This document shows positions 27,231 through 37,161 of a stretch of 64,000 nt of DNA, in pieces. How positions within the stretch are numbered: the stretch's first letter is position 1; each line of letters starts with the position of its first letter. The stretch spans positions 64,001-128,000 of the IMG/VR virus record IMGVR_UViG_3300028887_000077. One strand, written 5' to 3'. Made by a program: the position numbers and the translations under genes. The stretch comes from a virus. Its lineage: Duplodnaviria > Caudoviricetes. Under the pieces are notes generated by a model. The model did no database searches, was not told the DNA's origin, and saw only the letters and a program-made list of their open reading frames with translations.

Positions 27231-27518
27231 TTATTCACCTCCTTTCTCTTTTGCTTCCTTTTTAACTTCGGCAATCAACCCGATACGACCACTGTAAATG
27301 CAGTCGATGGCACGTTCGCAATCGTTCTCATTCATTTGCCAAATTCGACGAAGACCAACGTAGTGTTTGTACTCATTGGTTTCGGGGGATTCGCATAACT
27401 CAACGATCTTCTTTTCGGCCTTGTTTCGCTCGTCTTTGCAGTGTATCGAATGTGCAATGAGAATATGAAGAATATTGGTAAGATCGTCGGTTTCGTGTCT
27501 CTCTTTCTCTTCGCACAT
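27231..27518 (-). CDS. hypothetical protein
   Basis: AAGGAGGTG RBS. Confidence 0.75.
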   Translation of the reverse strand: MCEEKERHETDDLTNILHILIAHSIHCKDERNKAEKKIVELCESPETNEYKHYVGLRRIWQMNENDCERAIDCIYSGRIGLIAEVKKEAKEKGGE

Positions 27519-27519
27519 A

Positions 27520-27855
27520 TTACTTCACCTCCTTTCCATTGACAGACAACACCTCGAAGACGAAGTTGTAAACACACCATCCAAACTCGTCGGACAGCAT
27601 GTCGCACACGCGTTCGTTGGCTTCGTCCCATCCTTCCCAGGTGTCTTCGACGTTAATAGTGTATTCGCGTTCTCTGGGAAGGTCTTGCACGATTTTCGCC
27701 GCCTTGTCGTCTCCGAGCTCTTCGTCACTGGTGTCCCACCAGATTTTGCTTACTCTGACGACGGCTTCGACAGTTTTTCCGGTGTAGTTCGCATGCGTGA
27801 TTTCGTTAAACTCGTCGCACCATTCGGGGTTGTAAATGCTCTTTTTGTTGCTCAT
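27520..27855 (-). CDS. hypothetical protein
   Basis: AAGGAGG RBS. Confidence 0.75.
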   Translation of the reverse strand: MSNKKSIYNPEWCDEFNEITHANYTGKTVEAVVRVSKIWWDTSDEELGDDKAAKIVQDLPREREYTINVEDTWEGWDEANERVCDMLSDEFGWCVYNFVFEVLSVNGKEVK

Positions 27856-27869
27856 GATCTCGCCTCCTT

Positions 27870-28046
27870 TCATTCATAGTTCCATTCGGTGTTGCATCTG
27901 AGGTCGCCGTTGAGCATATTGTCAAGAAAATCGTCGATATACTCTTCTTTGTCTCTGTCTGGCGGAACGGGTATCATCATGTATGCGGACGGTTTCGTGT
28001 TGTTCCCAAAATACAAACCGATTTTGACAAACTTGAAACTATCCAT
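27870..28046 (-). CDS. small hypothetical protein
   Basis: read manually, 58 aa; AAGGAGG RBS. Confidence 0.65.
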   Translation of the reverse strand: MDSFKFVKIGLYFGNNTKPSAYMMIPVPPDRDKEEYIDDFLDNMLNGDLRCNTEWNYE

Positions 28047-28047
28047 A

Positions 28048-28794
28048 TCAATTGCCTCCTTTCTTGATTCTCTTTCCGGAATGATCGTACACCGCGACGA
28101 CGTGCCCGTTGTTTTTGCGCCAGCAGATTCCGCACTTGTCGCACGTCACTCCGGTCTCGCTTCCGTCTTTGGCAATGGCGGGACAGTGCGTGACCTTTTC
28201 GAGCTCGGGGTTCGTGTGGTCGTCGTAAACAAACCGATTAAGCCCATGCAGATCGTATCCGGCCGTGTTCCCGTTCCATTCGGAAATATTCACGACGAGA
28301 TTTTCGGGAAACTTCCCGTTCTCTTTGAGATATTTCTCGATGAACGAGAACCTTTTCGTGTAGAAGTAGAAGTGGACGTTCGGAAGGTTTTTTGCGAGAC
28401 CGACCATATGCTCGAGGTACGAGTAAGACTCGATCTCTCCCGAACTGTGGTATCGCAGAAGTTTGACGTCATGTTTCGTCAATTCTTCTTTGATCTGCCG
28501 GAAAGCGCCGTCGAGATCGTTGCGAACGATCAGCGTGTTATTTCCCCACGCGGGAATGTTGACGTTGTGGTGACACTGTGCAGACCGGATGGCATAGCAG
28601 TAGCGCTCGCATCCATCGCAACAGCCGGTGCAGGTGCCAACGACGTTCGTGAGGTCCCCCTTGTCCTTCGTGGAGATAGGTTTGTCTCCTGGGAGCAGGT
28701 TAAAGTTGTAGATCTTTCCGATCTTCCTGTTCCCCTTCGAGAGCTTGATGCGCATCCCATTGGTGTAATGAAGGTCATACGGTGTTTTTGACAT
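28048..28794 (-). CDS. Gp88-like phage protein (Cys cluster, radical-SAM-like)
   Basis: GNRKIG, TCTGCCDGCERYCYA, RYHSSGE, FYFYTK, CP..CDKCGICW. Confidence 0.8.
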   Translation of the reverse strand: MSKTPYDLHYTNGMRIKLSKGNRKIGKIYNFNLLPGDKPISTKDKGDLTNVVGTCTGCCDGCERYCYAIRSAQCHHNVNIPAWGNNTLIVRNDLDGAFRQIKEELTKHDVKLLRYHSSGEIESYSYLEHMVGLAKNLPNVHFYFYTKRFSFIEKYLKENGKFPENLVVNISEWNGNTAGYDLHGLNRFVYDDHTNPELEKVTHCPAIAKDGSETGVTCDKCGICWRKNNGHVVAVYDHSGKRIKKGGN

Positions 28795-28811
28795 TGATGA
28801 CTTCTCCTTTC

Positions 28812-29009
28812 TTATTTCAAAATGCCGTAGACATCATCAACGTACCAGCCCGCGAACGGGTTGTATATCGCAGAGCATTTAACCCCGCGATACATCGCCA
28901 CATACGCGTTCTTGCCGACGTCGGGCTTTTCGAGGATGGTGGCCTCGGCGAGACCACCATTCAGCGAATGGATATGTGCTGTTACCGTCTGATTGATTAC
29001 TTGTTTCAT
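28812..29009 (-). CDS. hypothetical protein
   Basis: AAGGAGGT RBS. Confidence 0.75.
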   Translation of the reverse strand: MKQVINQTVTAHIHSLNGGLAEATILEKPDVGKNAYVAMYRGVKCSAIYNPFAGWYVDDVYGILK

Positions 29010-29311
29010 TTGTTTACCTCCTTTCTGATAATGCAGATGTCGTAGTTCGCATCCCAGTTGTCCTGATGGTCGCGGAACATCTTCGTTGTGGATATGCCAT
29101 GTTGTTCAAGATTTTGAAAAACGTCGTCGGGCGTCCTCCAGATGTCGCCCTCATCCATGACAAATCTGTTCTTTTTGCCCTTTTCGATTCTGGAATCCGC
29201 CCACTTGATGGCCCTTTCTGCGTCATCAAATACGCACAAATCGGTAATGGCGTCGATCTCGTCGCAAAGACGTGGGCAGTTGCTTTCGAAACATACATAC
29301 ACGACTTCCAT
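29006..29311 (-). CDS. hypothetical protein (paralog of 29326..29667)
   Basis: VYVC..D..V.D....A..W..YDI.I shared. Confidence 0.75.
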   Translation of the reverse strand: MEVVYVCFESNCPRLCDEIDAITDLCVFDDAERAIKWADSRIEKGKKNRFVMDEGDIWRTPDDVFQNLEQHGISTTKMFRDHQDNWDANYDICIIRKEVNK

Positions 29312-29325
29312 TGTGTCTCCTCCTT

Positions 29326-29667
29326 TCATTCAACGTTCTTGATTTCGATGACAATATCAGAATACGAATCGTAGTTATCCTGATATTCGTCATAGACGCG
29401 AATGTAAACTCCATGATTTGTATAGAGCATCATCCTAGCTATCTCGTAATAGACAGAGCCGCCCGCCTTGACACACAGGTTGTTTTCGTCAAAAACAACG
29501 GTGTAATCATTTTCTTTTGCGATTTCGAATTCGGTCTCTACCTCTTTGGTTAGCCACGCCATCGCTTTGTCTTCGTTGTCGAGCACGACCATGTCGCCAA
29601 CATAGTCGCCGTTGATGTCTGCACGCTTGCCTTGCCACTGGCGATAGCACACATAGACTTCCTTCAT
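29326..29667 (-). CDS. hypothetical protein
   Basis: AAGGAGGTG RBS. Confidence 0.75.
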   Translation of the reverse strand: MKEVYVCYRQWQGKRADINGDYVGDMVVLDNEDKAMAWLTKEVETEFEIAKENDYTVVFDENNLCVKAGGSVYYEIARMMLYTNHGVYIRVYDEYQDNYDSYSDIVIEIKNVE

Positions 29668-29669
29668 GT

Positions 29670-29906
29670 TTACTCACCTCCTTTCTCTTCGTCGTCATCT
29701 GCGTCGGGGTAGTAGCCATATTCGTCGCTCTCGGATTCCTCCTCGATTTCTACGCGCTCCAAGCACTGCGAGGCCTGTTCTGCGCGTTCATAATCTGGGT
29801 TCTCTCCATTGAGGTCAATCACTTCAACGCTTACATACTCCGGAAAGTCGGAGTAAACCGTGATTAGACCTCCTTCGAGGGTGATAACTACTTTCGGCTT
29901 TGTCAT
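29670..29906 (-). CDS. hypothetical protein
   Basis: KVVITLEGG..VEVIDL; AAGGAG RBS. Confidence 0.75.
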   Translation of the reverse strand: MTKPKVVITLEGGLITVYSDFPEYVSVEVIDLNGENPDYERAEQASQCLERVEIEEESESDEYGYYPDADDDEEKGGE

Positions 29907-29925
29907 ATCCTTCTCCTTTCTTTCT

Positions 29926-30414
29926 TCAGTTTTGAATGCAATCTGGAGTTAAGAGTTTGCAAGCGCCATAAGCAATCGGCGGAATTACTACGGCGTTCAA
30001 CTCTTGCGCGCGGCGTTCGTTTTTGATGAGATTCTTGAATTGATTTTCGGTGATATGAGACCCACCACGAACGAAAGTCTCTGCAGTCTTTTCCAGTGTA
30101 TAAAACGTTTCCATCAACTCAAGCAACTGCCAGATTTCTTTATCGGTCAAGGGCGTTTCCTCGAAAAACTCGGTAAACATCGAATGGCAGTCTTTGGGTC
30201 CATTCAAGAATAGATAGTCAAAATGCTGATGAGAAGTAATATCGCGTGAAATCGAAGGGTTAGCGTCACAGGTATAAGTTTCGACATAACCGAACCCCCA
30301 ATACCAGTCACAGTCCCACGACGGCTCTTCCAACCAGTAATGACAACCATCCTTGCCGCGGCCAAGCAAATATACCTTTTTTTTGCCAAATGCATGCGTT
30401 ACTATTTTTTGCAT
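29926..30414 (-). CDS. conserved phage hypothetical protein
   Basis: YWLEEPSWDCDWYWGFGY; AAGGAGGTG RBS. Confidence 0.8.
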   Translation of the reverse strand: MQKIVTHAFGKKKVYLLGRGKDGCHYWLEEPSWDCDWYWGFGYVETYTCDANPSISRDITSHQHFDYLFLNGPKDCHSMFTEFFEETPLTDKEIWQLLELMETFYTLEKTAETFVRGGSHITENQFKNLIKNERRAQELNAVVIPPIAYGACKLLTPDCIQN

Positions 30415-30446
30415 GTTATTCACCTCCTTTGATTTTTCTCCTTTCT

Positions 30447-30725
30447 TTAATCTTCAAAGTTGTAGTCGTCTCTTTTGCCCAGTAGATAAGCAAGAGAGTG
30501 AGGACGACGTTCCATATTAGGGCTATATTTTTGGTATATCACCCTATTTCCGCCCCCGTCGATGTTCCGCACAAGGAACCATACAGACAGACAAACGAGT
30601 CCATCGCTATCAATGTGAATTGCGTAAAACCACACTTTGTATCCGTCTAGATCGTATCTCGGAAATACGACATGACACCTGCGATTGAATTCTTCCTCCG
30701 GTAAGGAGGTCTTATTGTGTTCCAT
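30447..30725 (-). CDS. hypothetical protein
   Basis: GGAGG RBS. Confidence 0.65.
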   Translation of the reverse strand: MEHNKTSLPEEEFNRRCHVVFPRYDLDGYKVWFYAIHIDSDGLVCLSVWFLVRNIDGGGNRVIYQKYSPNMERRPHSLAYLLGKRDDYNFED

Positions 30726-30735
30726 TTTTTATTAT

Positions 30736-31038
30736 TCAACCTCCATAGTTTTTGAGTTCTTTGGTCTGCGGTTCTTCCTCGCGAGCGTAGTCCAGCCCGA
30801 ACACCCTTTTCATGACATCACATACCATCGCTCTGATCGAGTCGGCACTGACGTTGATACTCATCGACTTTTCAGGGTTGGCATTGACGATCTCGACAGT
30901 TTCCGGATACCTGCGGGCCACAGGATTCTTCTCGTCCAGATACTGAACGTCCTTGATGCCGAGCCCTGCGTTGATAAGCAGGGGTTTCAGCAGGTTGTTG
31001 ACATATGCGCGTTTTCCTTCGTGATTGTTTTCGTACAT
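30736..31038 (-). CDS. hypothetical protein (related to 34523..34834)
   Basis: KRAYVNNLLKPLLI..INVSADSIRAMVCDV vs KRKFVSKYLEPAII..VCVTLDSLTAIMLDV. Confidence 0.75.
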   Translation of the reverse strand: MYENNHEGKRAYVNNLLKPLLINAGLGIKDVQYLDEKNPVARRYPETVEIVNANPEKSMSINVSADSIRAMVCDVMKRVFGLDYAREEEPQTKELKNYGG

Positions 31039-31040
31039 TT

Positions 31041-31571
31041 TTATTCACCTCCTTCCGTTTTCTTTTTGATGCGATCTGCAAGAACCTCATCGACGTTTTC
31101 TTCGGGAAAGCCGTATTGCAGCAGGTCGCCCCGTCCCCATCCGCGTTCGCAGAGATCGTTGATGGTTTCGTGATAACCGAGTTTGTCGATGCGCTCGGCA
31201 ATCACTTGTTCGCAGAACTCAATTTTCTTGAGTTCCACTGCGTCGCAAACGTCCATGGTGGTTCCCTCAATTTCAACGCTGATGTGGTCATCGGCATATG
31301 ACCCGTCCCGGTACATCACAAACGACTTATCACCTTCTTCGATAACAACGCCGTCCTCGTCCGTGAGACGGTCGTTCTTTTTGATGTACCCGACATTTTC
31401 TTTGAAGATTCTCTTCGCTTCTTCTTCGTCGAAGCTGGCTCCGAGAACACAGGTTTCGGTTCTTCCTTCGTCCACGTACTCTTCTACGACGGCCAGAAGG
31501 AGCCCGTTTACCTTCTGGTGCTGCGGATATTTGTCACAACAAACGGATTTTAACGGATACATTTTTCTCAT
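31041..31571 (-). CDS. hypothetical protein
   Basis: AAGGAGGTG RBS. Confidence 0.75.
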   Translation of the reverse strand: MRKMYPLKSVCCDKYPQHQKVNGLLLAVVEEYVDEGRTETCVLGASFDEEEAKRIFKENVGYIKKNDRLTDEDGVVIEEGDKSFVMYRDGSYADDHISVEIEGTTMDVCDAVELKKIEFCEQVIAERIDKLGYHETINDLCERGWGRGDLLQYGFPEENVDEVLADRIKKKTEGGE

Positions 31572-31591
31572 GGTGCTTTCACCTCCTTTCT

Positions 31592-32044
31592 TCAATAACA
31601 GGTTTTGGTTGCATACTCTGGATTGCCCAGCATGTCAGAGGCTTTACGCGTCGACTGCCTGTCGAGATCAATGCTTTGTGCGTCGTTTTTGGTGATGATC
31701 ACGGAATACGCCGTCAAATACCGTAGTTTTTCGTGTCCTACCTCGGTAATGATGATGGCGTCTCCGTCGACGATCAGCTTTTGAAGCTCTTGGATAAACA
31801 GATCGTACTCGGTTCCTTCAAAATCTTCGTCCTCATCGTCGTCGTTGTTGTTTTCAACGGGACAAATCCCGATAATCGAACTGTATCCTCCGAATGCGAA
31901 AACGCGATTACCGTCTTCGTCTTTGTTTTCCCACAGTTCGATGTTTCCCTCGTCCGAAACAACGCGGCCGATGAGCTTTTTGAGCCCTTCGGGATCGTTG
32001 ACGTGGAAATAGTTGGTTCTGGTCATTCCGTAATAGTTTGCCAT
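31592..32044 (-). CDS. conserved phage hypothetical protein
   Basis: MANYY..RTNYFHV..EVGHEKLRYL. Confidence 0.8.
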   Translation of the reverse strand: MANYYGMTRTNYFHVNDPEGLKKLIGRVVSDEGNIELWENKDEDGNRVFAFGGYSSIIGICPVENNNDDDEDEDFEGTEYDLFIQELQKLIVDGDAIIITEVGHEKLRYLTAYSVIITKNDAQSIDLDRQSTRKASDMLGNPEYATKTCY

Positions 32045-32078
32045 TTTTTAATCCCCCTTTCAACTTTCTTGTCTCATT

Positions 32079-32423
32079 TCAGACGCGAATTTTGGTTGGT
32101 GCGACGAACGCCGTAGCCGCCTCGTGCGTGTTAAGCAACCTATCGCATTCTGCTTCTGCGTTGTTGATATTGATGTAGGTCTTAAACGACCACTTGCCAG
32201 AGTTAATTTCGGAATATACGACGATATATCCGTCTGCTCCGTCTTCGGGGTCGTCGTCGTCGCAAATCCATGCATCGTCGAGCTCAACGCTCTTTTCGTT
32301 GTGCGGTTCATCGGTCGCGGTGCCGATGACGCTTGCGAGATAGTCGATCGTACCGATATTGCACTCTTTGGCTTTGGCGTCGTCGACATTGAGAACGGCG
32401 ATGACTTTACGTTTTTCCTGCAT
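32079..32423 (-). CDS. hypothetical protein
   Basis: tiles operon. Confidence 0.7.
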   Translation of the reverse strand: MQEKRKVIAVLNVDDAKAKECNIGTIDYLASVIGTATDEPHNEKSVELDDAWICDDDDPEDGADGYIVVYSEINSGKWSFKTYININNAEAECDRLLNTHEAATAFVAPTKIRV

Positions 32424-32814
32424 ATTGTTTACCCCCTTTCTTTTCATTCATTGCGAGAAAATAGTCAAGCCATACGTCGAACGACTTGTCGTAGTACTGT
32501 TCGGCGCTGTCGATGCTTTTGCCGAGCTGAACGACAATCGAGTTGCAATGACAACTGAGGCTTTCGTCTTTCATTGCGATTTCGAGGGCCCTCCACAGTT
32601 TGTAATAGAAATCGTGGCAGACTCCTTTCGTTACAGGAGGAGCTTCTGGGTCGACCGCCGTATTTGACGAATCAACCATTTCTAGGTCGCTGTAGTCGAT
32701 TTCGTTTCTAGCGTTTTGCCTGTCAAACTCCTCAAGGGCGCCCTCTTCGTTTTCTGCTTCCACATAGTAAGTGCCGATCAGCTCTTCGCGATGAACAATC
32801 TTCCATTCTTTCAT
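32407..32814 (-). CDS. hypothetical protein
   Basis: AAGGAGGTG RBS; VEAENEEGA motif. Confidence 0.75.
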   Translation of the reverse strand: MKEWKIVHREELIGTYYVEAENEEGALEEFDRQNARNEIDYSDLEMVDSSNTAVDPEAPPVTKGVCHDFYYKLWRALEIAMKDESLSCHCNSIVVQLGKSIDSAEQYYDKSFDVWLDYFLAMNEKKGGKQYAGKT

Positions 32815-32820
32815 CTTATT

Positions 32821-33237
32821 TCACCTCCTTCCGATACTCGCGAGACACCCGTGCTCCATCAGAGTAATAACATCCTCTTTGAGCCTGGAAATATTCGTGC
32901 AATGGTTCGGACCACCGTGATAGTCCTTTTCGTCTTTCATCGTACGGATCAAAATGTCTGTTGCCCATTCGTCTTGCCAGTACCTGATGTCGCTGATCTT
33001 GATATATACGAATTTGCCATCGGCGCTTTTTACGGTTGCGTATAATTCGTAATATCCCTTACGAACGTCGATCTCGTAGATGCCGGACCACAGCTTTTTG
33101 AGCCAGTCGCGATATCTTCTCAGGAACAATTTTGCGTCATCGCCCCCATATGCGAAGACGTGTCCATAGTATTGTTTGAGACATAGCGGAATATCTGCGG
33201 TGTTCATTTCTCCGGCTCTTGTCCACACCTTGCTCAT
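32821..33237 (-). CDS. hypothetical protein
   Basis: VYIKISDIRYW..ILIRT..KDYHGGPN. Confidence 0.8.
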   Translation of the reverse strand: MSKVWTRAGEMNTADIPLCLKQYYGHVFAYGGDDAKLFLRRYRDWLKKLWSGIYEIDVRKGYYELYATVKSADGKFVYIKISDIRYWQDEWATDILIRTMKDEKDYHGGPNHCTNISRLKEDVITLMEHGCLASIGRR

Positions 33238-33251
33238 GTTTTCACCTCCTT

Positions 33252-33779
33252 TTACCATCCATAAACTTTTGCGACGTACGGATGCAGACTTTTGGTATAC
33301 TTTTGGATCATGTTGTCCGTCATCCCTTTGCCATCTTCAAGACGATCTTCGAGGTGGTCAACGTTGACCCCGGGCTTGATCAACCGATATGTCAGATGGT
33401 CGGTCCCGTCGTGGTGGATCATCGTGGCGCGAATGTTCTTTCCGTCCGAATACCACTCGCAGTAATCGCAATCGGAGTAGAGAATGTCGCTGAGCTTCTT
33501 TTTGCGCATGATACTAAAGCCAGTTACGCGCCCCATCCACGTCCCGAGGTCTCCGATGACGAGGATGTCTCCGACGTACTGATTGAGGTTGGCGCGCTCG
33601 TCGTCGATATAATGATCGTTGAGCTCACGCGCCCACTCGAGTACATCGTACTCGTCGGGCTCTTCCGGGACGTCTTCGCCGCTGTCCGCCATTTCCTCCT
33701 TGTAGCCGTCGACCCAGTCTTCGTACTTGATGTCGATGTTGCTCCAGATAGTGTGATGCTGTTGTTTTTTGGTTGCCAT
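33252..33779 (-). CDS. conserved phage hypothetical protein
   Basis: DERANLN..IGDLGTWMGR..HHDGT. Confidence 0.8.
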   Translation of the reverse strand: MATKKQQHHTIWSNIDIKYEDWVDGYKEEMADSGEDVPEEPDEYDVLEWARELNDHYIDDERANLNQYVGDILVIGDLGTWMGRVTGFSIMRKKKLSDILYSDCDYCEWYSDGKNIRATMIHHDGTDHLTYRLIKPGVNVDHLEDRLEDGKGMTDNMIQKYTKSLHPYVAKVYGW

Positions 33780-33803
33780 TTTTGTCTCCTTTCATTAAAA
33801 GTT

Positions 33804-34016
33804 TCAGGTGATCGCCCAGTCGATCATGTACAGGTAGTCGTTCGCGGCCTCGAACGCTTCGTCCACGGTTTTAAACCAGTGCCATCTGTTGTCAATTCTT
33901 GTGTGACACTTGTACCCGTATCTGACCGTGCCGGTTGACCATGTGCGAGCCCTGATTTTGATCCATGTCTCTCCGTGGTTTTCGACAAGTTTTTTGTTGG
34001 CCTCTTCAACGGTCAT
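33804..34016 (-). CDS. hypothetical protein
   Basis: AAGGAGGTG RBS. Confidence 0.7.
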   Translation of the reverse strand: MTVEEANKKLVENHGETWIKIRARTWSTGTVRYGYKCHTRIDNRWHWFKTVDEAFEAANDYLYMIDWAIT

Positions 34017-34033
34017 GACCGCACCTCCTTTCG

Positions 34034-34507
34034 TTAAAAATCGACCTCTGCGAATCTTTCAGGCATGAGGATGATTTCGATATGCGTGCCATTGTTGTAG
34101 GTGTTGGGCACACGGCGCTCTTCTTCCTCTCTGTACTTCTCGCTGTCTTTGGCGGCCAGCAGGGTTTTGTACAGATCTTCCGCAACCCGTTCTAGACACT
34201 CGTCTGTATTGCGAGAGTACCGTTCGAGCCTCTCCATCCACGTATTTTGCAGATCGTCCATATAGACATCGAGAGAATATCTTTCGTTAACAACCTGCGT
34301 TTTAATGTAGCGGTGTGGGAAGAATGGGTTGTCATCGATCTGAAAATAGTACATATATCCGTTCAAAACGAAGCGGATATAGTTGAAGTACGAATCGTGT
34401 TCTTTGACTTTTCCTCCGGCTTTTTCAACAATCTTTTTCAGATTGTCAAGAATAACCCTTGCGTCTTGACGGAACGTAGTCCGTTCATGCGGATAAACCA
34501 GAGCCAT
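34034..34507 (-). CDS. hypothetical protein
   Basis: AAGGAGGTG RBS. Confidence 0.75.
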   Translation of the reverse strand: MALVYPHERTTFRQDARVILDNLKKIVEKAGGKVKEHDSYFNYIRFVLNGYMYYFQIDDNPFFPHRYIKTQVVNERYSLDVYMDDLQNTWMERLERYSRNTDECLERVAEDLYKTLLAAKDSEKYREEEERRVPNTYNNGTHIEIILMPERFAEVDF

Positions 34508-34522
34508 TATGTTCACCTCCTT

Positions 34523-34834
34523 TCAGCAAATATTATCAATCACGTCGAGCATGATTGCCGTGAGTGAATCAAGGGTGACGCAGACGTAGTTTCCTTCCGT
34601 GGGATCGTTCTCGTTGTAGCCAAGAACGACATACTCGAAATAATATCCGTCTTTGAGTTTCATCAGGTAGTAACGAGCGGATTTCCATCCGCAGTTGCTG
34701 GCGATGATTGCGGGCTCGAGGTACTTGCTGACGAACTTCCTCTTGTTTTTCTGCTCGTCGGAATACTCGATTTCGTCCGCAAAAGTGAATCCGTTTTGAG
34801 TTAGCACGAATTTGGAAACCGGAACTTGTTTCAT
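34523..34834 (-). CDS. hypothetical protein
   Basis: AAGGAGGTG RBS. Confidence 0.75.
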   Translation of the reverse strand: MKQVPVSKFVLTQNGFTFADEIEYSDEQKNKRKFVSKYLEPAIIASNCGWKSARYYLMKLKDGYYFEYVVLGYNENDPTEGNYVCVTLDSLTAIMLDVIDNIC

Positions 34835-34846
34835 ATTTTCACCTCC

Positions 34847-35038
34847 TTAAAACACATTGTCGTCGAAGAGCATACCAGATTCAAAACCGAGATACTCACA
34901 CATAGCCCTGGCGGTCAATTCTTCGTCAGAGTAGTCTTGACTGTCGAATGTGTACATGGATCCGTTGACAACGACGTCGACTCCGCCATCGTCATATCTC
35001 GTGATTTTGACGTTGTATTTCGTTTCATTTTGTACCAT
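34847..35038 (-). CDS. hypothetical protein
   Basis: AAGGAGGTG RBS. Confidence 0.7.
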   Translation of the reverse strand: MVQNETKYNVKITRYDDGGVDVVVNGSMYTFDSQDYSDEELTARAMCEYLGFESGMLFDDNVF

Positions 35039-35662
35039 TTATTCCACCTCCTTTCTGTCTTCATCGCAATCAAGGACATATCCGTAGCCGAAGTGCTCAA
35101 TTTCATCATCGGTCAATCCGATGTCGTTCCGAAGATGATTGAGCGTTTCGCTCGGCATTTCGTTAATAACCGGATCTGCCACGGAAAGGTTAATCGCGTT
35201 GTCTGCGATTTCTTCTAGCCGCTTATACGACGGTTTGTTGTCCCCGACGTCATATTCGAGATTTCGCGACATCCACACAAACATGTCGAGCGCCGGAAGC
35301 CGGGACAGATGTTTTGCATAAATGGCGATGTCCTTTGCGAAATTATCCGCAATCAACGAATTGCCTCTGACGTTCTCTCTGATTTCGTCATAAGACACTT
35401 TCTTGAAGATATCGTTGCCAACATCGACCAAGTGCACAATCGCGAGACGTAGCGCCATCTCATTCTCCCGCTTCATAGCGCTAAGAATAGCGTCGATAAA
35501 CTTATATGAACCGACAGGTCCGATCTTGGCGACGGTGTTGTCATACTCTTCCGGCGTAAGGTAAGAGTACGACTTGAGGAACTCCTCTTTGTTGAGGATA
35601 AGCATGTCAAGGAGTTTCTCGACGTCGTTGGTGAAGGGGTATGCGGGTTTGTTGTTGTTCAT
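35039..35662 (-). CDS. hypothetical protein
   Basis: AAGGAGG RBS; KEEFLKSYSYLTPEEYD motif. Confidence 0.8.
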   Translation of the reverse strand: MNNNKPAYPFTNDVEKLLDMLILNKEEFLKSYSYLTPEEYDNTVAKIGPVGSYKFIDAILSAMKRENEMALRLAIVHLVDVGNDIFKKVSYDEIRENVRGNSLIADNFAKDIAIYAKHLSRLPALDMFVWMSRNLEYDVGDNKPSYKRLEEIADNAINLSVADPVINEMPSETLNHLRNDIGLTDDEIEHFGYGYVLDCDEDRKEVE

Positions 35663-35680
35663 TTTGGTTCCTCCTTTTTT

Positions 35681-36163
35681 TTATTTAAGCTTTGGATGCT
35701 CTTCAAAGAACTCTTTGTTTTCCCAGTCGACCCAGTTAGAATTTGTTTCCCCTCCGAAAAGACGACTGTATACCACAGTACGGCCTCTTAGCCCTTCCTT
35801 GTATCCTATGGGTTCATACATAACAACAACGTTCTTGTTGTAGGTGATGGCCTCACAGATATCTTCGATAAGGTCATGAAGCGTATCTGCTTTACAAGAC
35901 GGAAGCGCCGGAACCTTCATGCTCCCAACGATAAGAGGGTCTTCTTTGAACGAGCTCACATAGAGCCTGAACGGACGATAGTGGTCTGGGTTTTTGACAG
36001 ATTCGACAAGAATTTTGTCTCTGTCTGGCACTGAGATCTTCATACTAGGATCAAGCTGTTTTCCGCAACGCATTAGATATTCGATGCCGAATGCGATGGT
36101 GTCTTTGGGGACGTCTTCAAACGAATCAACCTCGAATGTGATTCTATATTTTTCGGTTGCCAT
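35681..36163 (-). CDS. hypothetical protein (paralog of 18791..19228)
   Basis: AAGGAGG RBS; shared motifs. Confidence 0.8.
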   Translation of the reverse strand: MATEKYRITFEVDSFEDVPKDTIAFGIEYLMRCGKQLDPSMKISVPDRDKILVESVKNPDHYRPFRLYVSSFKEDPLIVGSMKVPALPSCKADTLHDLIEDICEAITYNKNVVVMYEPIGYKEGLRGRTVVYSRLFGGETNSNWVDWENKEFFEEHPKLK

Positions 36164-36322
36164 TCTTATTCCTCCTTTATATATTCGATATAGGGGTCTT
36201 TTTTAAGCACTACGGTATGCAGACCATACATATACTTTTCCTGAAACCTGATCAAAAGGCAGGTCTCTGTCTCTCTTTCGATAACACAGAGACTGCCATT
36301 ATACTTGATGTAGCGCGGCATA

Positions 36323-36505
36323 TTAGTCTTCAGGCGGGAGCCACTCGTTCCAGTGCTCCCAGATCATGTTGTACTCTTCTTCTGTGAGACCACCGTCGTT
36401 CACATCGCACTGAAGGCGGATTTTAAGGCTGTAGTAATTGGCCGCCTGCCGAGCCTCGTTCTGAAATAGTGCTTTGACTTCTTCGACTCTTTTTTCTGTG
36501 ATCAT
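36323..36505 (-). CDS. hypothetical protein
   Basis: AAGGAGGTG RBS. Confidence 0.7.
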   Translation of the reverse strand: MITEKRVEEVKALFQNEARQAANYYSLKIRLQCDVNDGGLTEEEYNMIWEHWNEWLPPED

Positions 36506-37002
36506 GCCTTCACCTCCTTTGCAAGAAGTTGTCGCTCGATATCTTCTTGCACCCTTTTTTTGAACGCAAGAAACGCCGCAAGGAAGCCGAGAATATCCTT
36601 GAGGTTTGCTTGATTGTGGCGTTCATATGACGGTCCGGAAACATGAATTCTGAAGGTGTCGCAGCATCGACGACTTTCGTAATCGTACGAATACGTGCTG
36701 TGGTATATGTCTCCGAGATCGTCAATATAAAACATCCGCTCGTCAGTGATGTTGTGCTTACGCGCATACTTCAACAGCCTCCACGATTCGTCGGCACAAA
36801 TCTCTTCGCCGATCATTTTCTTGTTTCCCTTGAAGTACTCTTCGACCAGCAGACCGTTTCTCTTTGCTGCGATCAAGAGATCAATGGTGTCTTTGATGTC
36901 GTCGGCGAGATCTTTGACTGTGTTGATGGCCTTTCTGAGCGCGTCTCCGGTAATGTTTGCGGTTGCCTTCATTCTTTCGATCAGATTTTGCGTGTTGCTC
37001 AT
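36502..37002 (-). CDS. hypothetical protein
   Basis: tiles operon. Confidence 0.75.
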   Translation of the reverse strand: MSNTQNLIERMKATANITGDALRKAINTVKDLADDIKDTIDLLIAAKRNGLLVEEYFKGNKKMIGEEICADESWRLLKYARKHNITDERMFYIDDLGDIYHSTYSYDYESRRCCDTFRIHVSGPSYERHNQANLKDILGFLAAFLAFKKRVQEDIERQLLAKEVKA

Positions 37003-37005
37003 TGT

Positions 37006-37161
37006 TTATTCTTCCTCTCCTTCTTCGAGAATTTTTGTTCGAATTGAATCGGGCTCGATACGATACGCTTCTTCTTTAGCGCGTTTGATTGCATCTTTTT
37101 TATTTTTGGCTTCCACATACACGATGTGCTTTTCAACGACCTCGACGGTATATTCTCTCAT
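37006..37161 (-). CDS. small hypothetical protein
   Basis: read manually, 51 aa MREYTVEVVE..VEAKNKKDA; AAGGAGGTG RBS. Confidence 0.65.
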   Translation of the reverse strand: MREYTVEVVEKHIVYVEAKNKKDAIKRAKEEAYRIEPDSIRTKILEEGEEE